Positions 61,261 to 64,000 of a stretch of DNA of 64,000 bases are shown in pieces. The DNA lies in contig CAWJIM010000019.1 in the NCBI GenBank assembly GCA_963842945.1, positions 64,001 to 128,000 of the forward strand, written 5' to 3'. The position numbers were made by a program, and so were the translations under genes. The notes beneath the pieces were generated by a model. That model was not told the origin of the DNA. It ran no database searches and saw only the letters and a list, made by a program, of their open reading frames with translations. How positions within the stretch are numbered: position 1 is the stretch's first letter; the number at the start of each line of letters is the position of its first letter. The DNA is from an uncultured Gemmatimonadales bacterium. Its GTDB lineage: Bacteria > Gemmatimonadota > Gemmatimonadetes > Gemmatimonadales > GWC2-71-9.

Positions 61261-62977
61261 ATGCTGGCGCTGGCCTCGCTGACCCTGACGGCCAGTGCCC
61301 TCCTGGGTCTGGCCTTTCCGATGGTCGTCCGTTTCCTGCTGGATGCCGCCTTCGTTCAGCGCGATCGGACCGTGCTCGATCGGATCGCCATAGGACTGGT
61401 GATCCTGTTCAGCGTCCAGGCGGTGCTCAACTACGCTCAGACCTATCTCCTGAGTGCCGTCGGTGAGCGGGTGGTGGCAGGACTCAGGTCAGAGCTCTTC
61501 TCCAAGCTGCTGGACATGCCGCCCGGCTTCTTCGCCGAGCGCCGAACCGGCGAGCTCACCAGCCGGCTCACCACCGACATCGGACTTCTCCAGGGAGTTC
61601 TGAGCCACCAGATCGCGGAGTTCTCCCGCCAGATCCTGGCTCTGATCGGGGGCATCGTCCTCCTCACGCTGATGCAGCCCCGGCTGACCCTGACGGCCCT
61701 GGGCGTCGTACCCCTGGTGATCGGGTCGGCGTTGTTCTTCGGCCGGCGGCTCCGCCGGATGACCGTGGGAGTTCAGGACAAGGTGGCTGAAGCCACGGCG
61801 GTGGCCGAGGAGGCGTTCAGCCAGATTCGAACGGTCCAGAGCTTCGTCCAGGAGCCGGCGGAACGCGAGCGATATGGTGAGCGGATCGGGGCCAGCGTCA
61901 AAGCGGCTCTGGTCCGGGCTCAGCTGCGGGGCGTGTTCTTCGGGGTGCTCACCTTCTCCACGTTCGTCGGCATCGTCTTCGTGCTCTGGCAGGGCGGGCT
62001 GCTGGTGCTCGAAGGCCAGCTCACCCCGGGCGAGCTGGTGCAGTTTCTTCTCTATACCATCACCATCGCCGCGGCCATTGGGGCGCTGGCGTCATTCTTC
62101 AGCAGCTATCAGGAGGCGGTTGGGGCGGCCGAGCGGGTGTTCGAGATCCTCGAGATGCAGCCGGGCATCACCGACCCCGTTTCGCCGGTTCCGCTGGCTC
62201 AGCCGGTTCGGGGGGAGGTGGTCTTCGAAGGCATCTCGTTCAAGTATCAACGGGACTCCTCCCTCCCGTGGATCCTGGAGGACATCGACCTCCGGTGCGC
62301 ACCGGGCGAAGTTGTGGCGCTGGTCGGGCGCTCCGGCGCGGGTAAGACGACCCTGGTCTCCCTGCTGCCCCGCTTCTGGGACGTGGACCAGGGCCGGGTG
62401 ATGATCGACGGGCTCGATGTTCGCACTCTCCGCCTGGCGGATCTCAGAGGGGCCATCGGGATCGTGCCTCAGGACACCGCGCTGTTCAGCGGGACCATCC
62501 GGGAGAACATTGCCTATGCCAGGCCGGGAGCGGCCCACGCCGAGGTGGAGGCGGCGGCCCGCGCGGCACATGCCCACGAGTTCATCGAGCGGCTGCCCAG
62601 CGGATACGAGACGGTGGTCGGAGAGCGGGGGGTCAAGCTCTCGGGAGGTCAGCGGCAGAGGATCGCGATTGCCCGAGCCATTCTCAAGGATCCGGCCGAT
62701 GTTGATCCTGGACGAGGCCACCAGCAACCTGGATACGGAGAGCGAGCGGCTGATCGAGGATGCTCTGGCCAAGCTTCTGGTTGGCCGGACGACATTGATC
62801 ATTGCCCACCGGCTGACCACGGTGCGCCGGGCAGACCGGCTGGTAGTCCTGGATCGGGGCCGGATCGTCGAGCAGGGCTCCCATGGGGAGCTGATGGAGC
62901 TGGGCGGTCTGTACGCCCGGCTGTATCAGCGCCAGTTCCGGGACGATCGGGTCACAATGGAGCAAGCGATCGGCTAG
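61261..62977 (+). CDS. MsbA-like ABC exporter, fused TMD-NBD (frameshift near 62695)
   Basis: [32 protein letters not shown], then LILDEATS and IAHRL in another frame. Confidence 0.92.
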
Positions 62978-63004
62978 ACGTCGAAAACAGCAGGTTACCA
63001 ACCA

Positions 63005-63028
63005 AACGCCCCGCCGAAGCGGGGCGTT
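63005..63028. terminator. Hairpin between convergent genes, probable bidirectional terminator
   Basis: aacgccccgc-cgaa-gcggggcgtt is a perfect 10-bp stem. Confidence 0.8.
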
Positions 63029-63058
63029 GTTGTGATTAGAAAATGCTCGGCCTTTACG

Positions 63059-64000
63059 CTAGTGAGTAATGCTCAACTGAATTCTGCCGGGAGGGGGGCC
63101 GTCAAAAAGGACGGCGGCAAAACGATAGGTTCCCGGGATCAAATTAAGGTCGACACTCTCGGGGTTCAAGCTACTAGCGCCGATGAAATTGTTGTTGTCC
63201 GCATCGGCACAAGAGGCATCCGAGCAGATAATCAGGTCGACGTCGGAGGTACTCTCCCACCCGACGGCCACGGTATAGATTCCGGCTTCAGTCACCGTGA
63301 ATTGGTAATACTGGGCTCCTATACCTCCGTCGCCGGTAACATCAGCGCCGGTAAATGCACCCGCATCGAAGAAGCCGCTGGTCTGGCCGGCAGGAGGCGT
63401 GGGAATCACCGGTGCCGTTGCAGGTGCGGCAGCGGGGAAAAGAGTGTCAATCGATGGTATGGTGATCGAGTCCGCGGTTGGCACCTCGAGCGCGACTCCA
63501 GGAATGTTCGGTGCTTCGACACCAGTCACGACACCGTCTGTTCTCAGTGCAACTGTATCGAGGGTTGGGGCCGGGACGAAGCTGAATGAGGTGCTATCCG
63601 GCGACCTCACAGTGACTACCGACGGAGCTCCGGCAAACTCGATGTTTGCGTCAGGTAGGAACTTGTATCCGGGCGCCGCCGTTATCGTCACCACCTCGTT
63701 TTGGACCGGAGCGGGGTTGGAGAAGGTAGCGGCAAATGACGCTGGGACCACCTTGACCGGAACGGTGGTAGATATTCCTCCACTCACGACGTCAAAGGTG
63801 GTGGCCACCGGCGTCTGACCACTGACTATGAAACGGCTGGCGGTCTCGAGCTGGGTTCCGATGGTGGTCTGGAGGTAGGTGGTGTCCTTCTCCACCGTAA
63901 TCCCCGCCCCCACATTCTGAACCTCAAAGTCGGCGGCCTGCTGGTTGCCGAGAGTGTCGAGCAGTTGAACGACGACGAACTCCGATCCCCCCTCCCCAAC
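63059..64000 (-). CDS. Secreted/surface beta-rich protein, 3' part (possible PPC-like C-terminal domain)
   Basis: The frame stays open towards the window end; Thr/Val/Pro-rich; C-terminal YYQFTVTEAG...DVDLIIC...ESVDLNLIPGTY. Confidence 0.7.
   Translation of the reverse strand, partial: VGEGGSEFVVVQLLDTLGNQQAADFEVQNVGAGITVEKDTTYLQTTIGTQLETASRFIVSGQTPVATTFDVVSGGISTTVPVKVVPASFAATFSNPAPVQNEVVTITAAPGYKFLPDANIEFAGAPSVVTVRSPDSTSFSFVPAPTLDTVALRTDGVVTGVEAPNIPGVALEVPTADSITIPSIDTLFPAAAPATAPVIPTPPAGQTSGFFDAGAFTGADVTGDGGIGAQYYQFTVTEAGIYTVAVGWESTSDVDLIICSDASCADADNNNFIGASSLNPESVDLNLIPGTYRFAAVLFDGPPPGRIQLSITH

Overview
This is a high-GC bacterial chromosomal segment. Gene content and style suggest Gemmatimonadota, but this is inference and was not searched. 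It carries housekeeping genes (hslUV, xerC, trmFO, topA, aroK/aroC, icd-aceK, nadBAC, lptFG, a ctaA-ctaB fusion) and an almost complete type IVa pilus/competence system. That system comprises pilMNOPQ, minor pilins, two pilins, two sigma-54 two-component systems with clear -24/-12 promoters, pilBTC and comEA. An SprA-like giant outer-membrane protein lies next to an M28 lipoprotein that resembles a glutaminyl cyclase. About 15 genes have single-base frameshifts that look like long-read assembly errors. The most striking unexplained signal is a family of at least seven intergenic elements built from short tandem repeats (7-, 8-, 9- and 10-mers) arranged as inverted arms; four of them abut or overlap a stop codon and one more overlaps a gene end. 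One element (53594-54203) encloses a four-helix-bundle gene and looks like the cargo-bearing version, while the others are empty. Related repeat units also sit in-frame inside aroC, topA, probably hslU, and the C-terminus of an amino-acid permease. Together these suggest a poorly characterised REP/MITE-like mobile hairpin system. At least eight genes have a TAnnnT box 5-7 nt before the ATG, which suggests leaderless transcripts.
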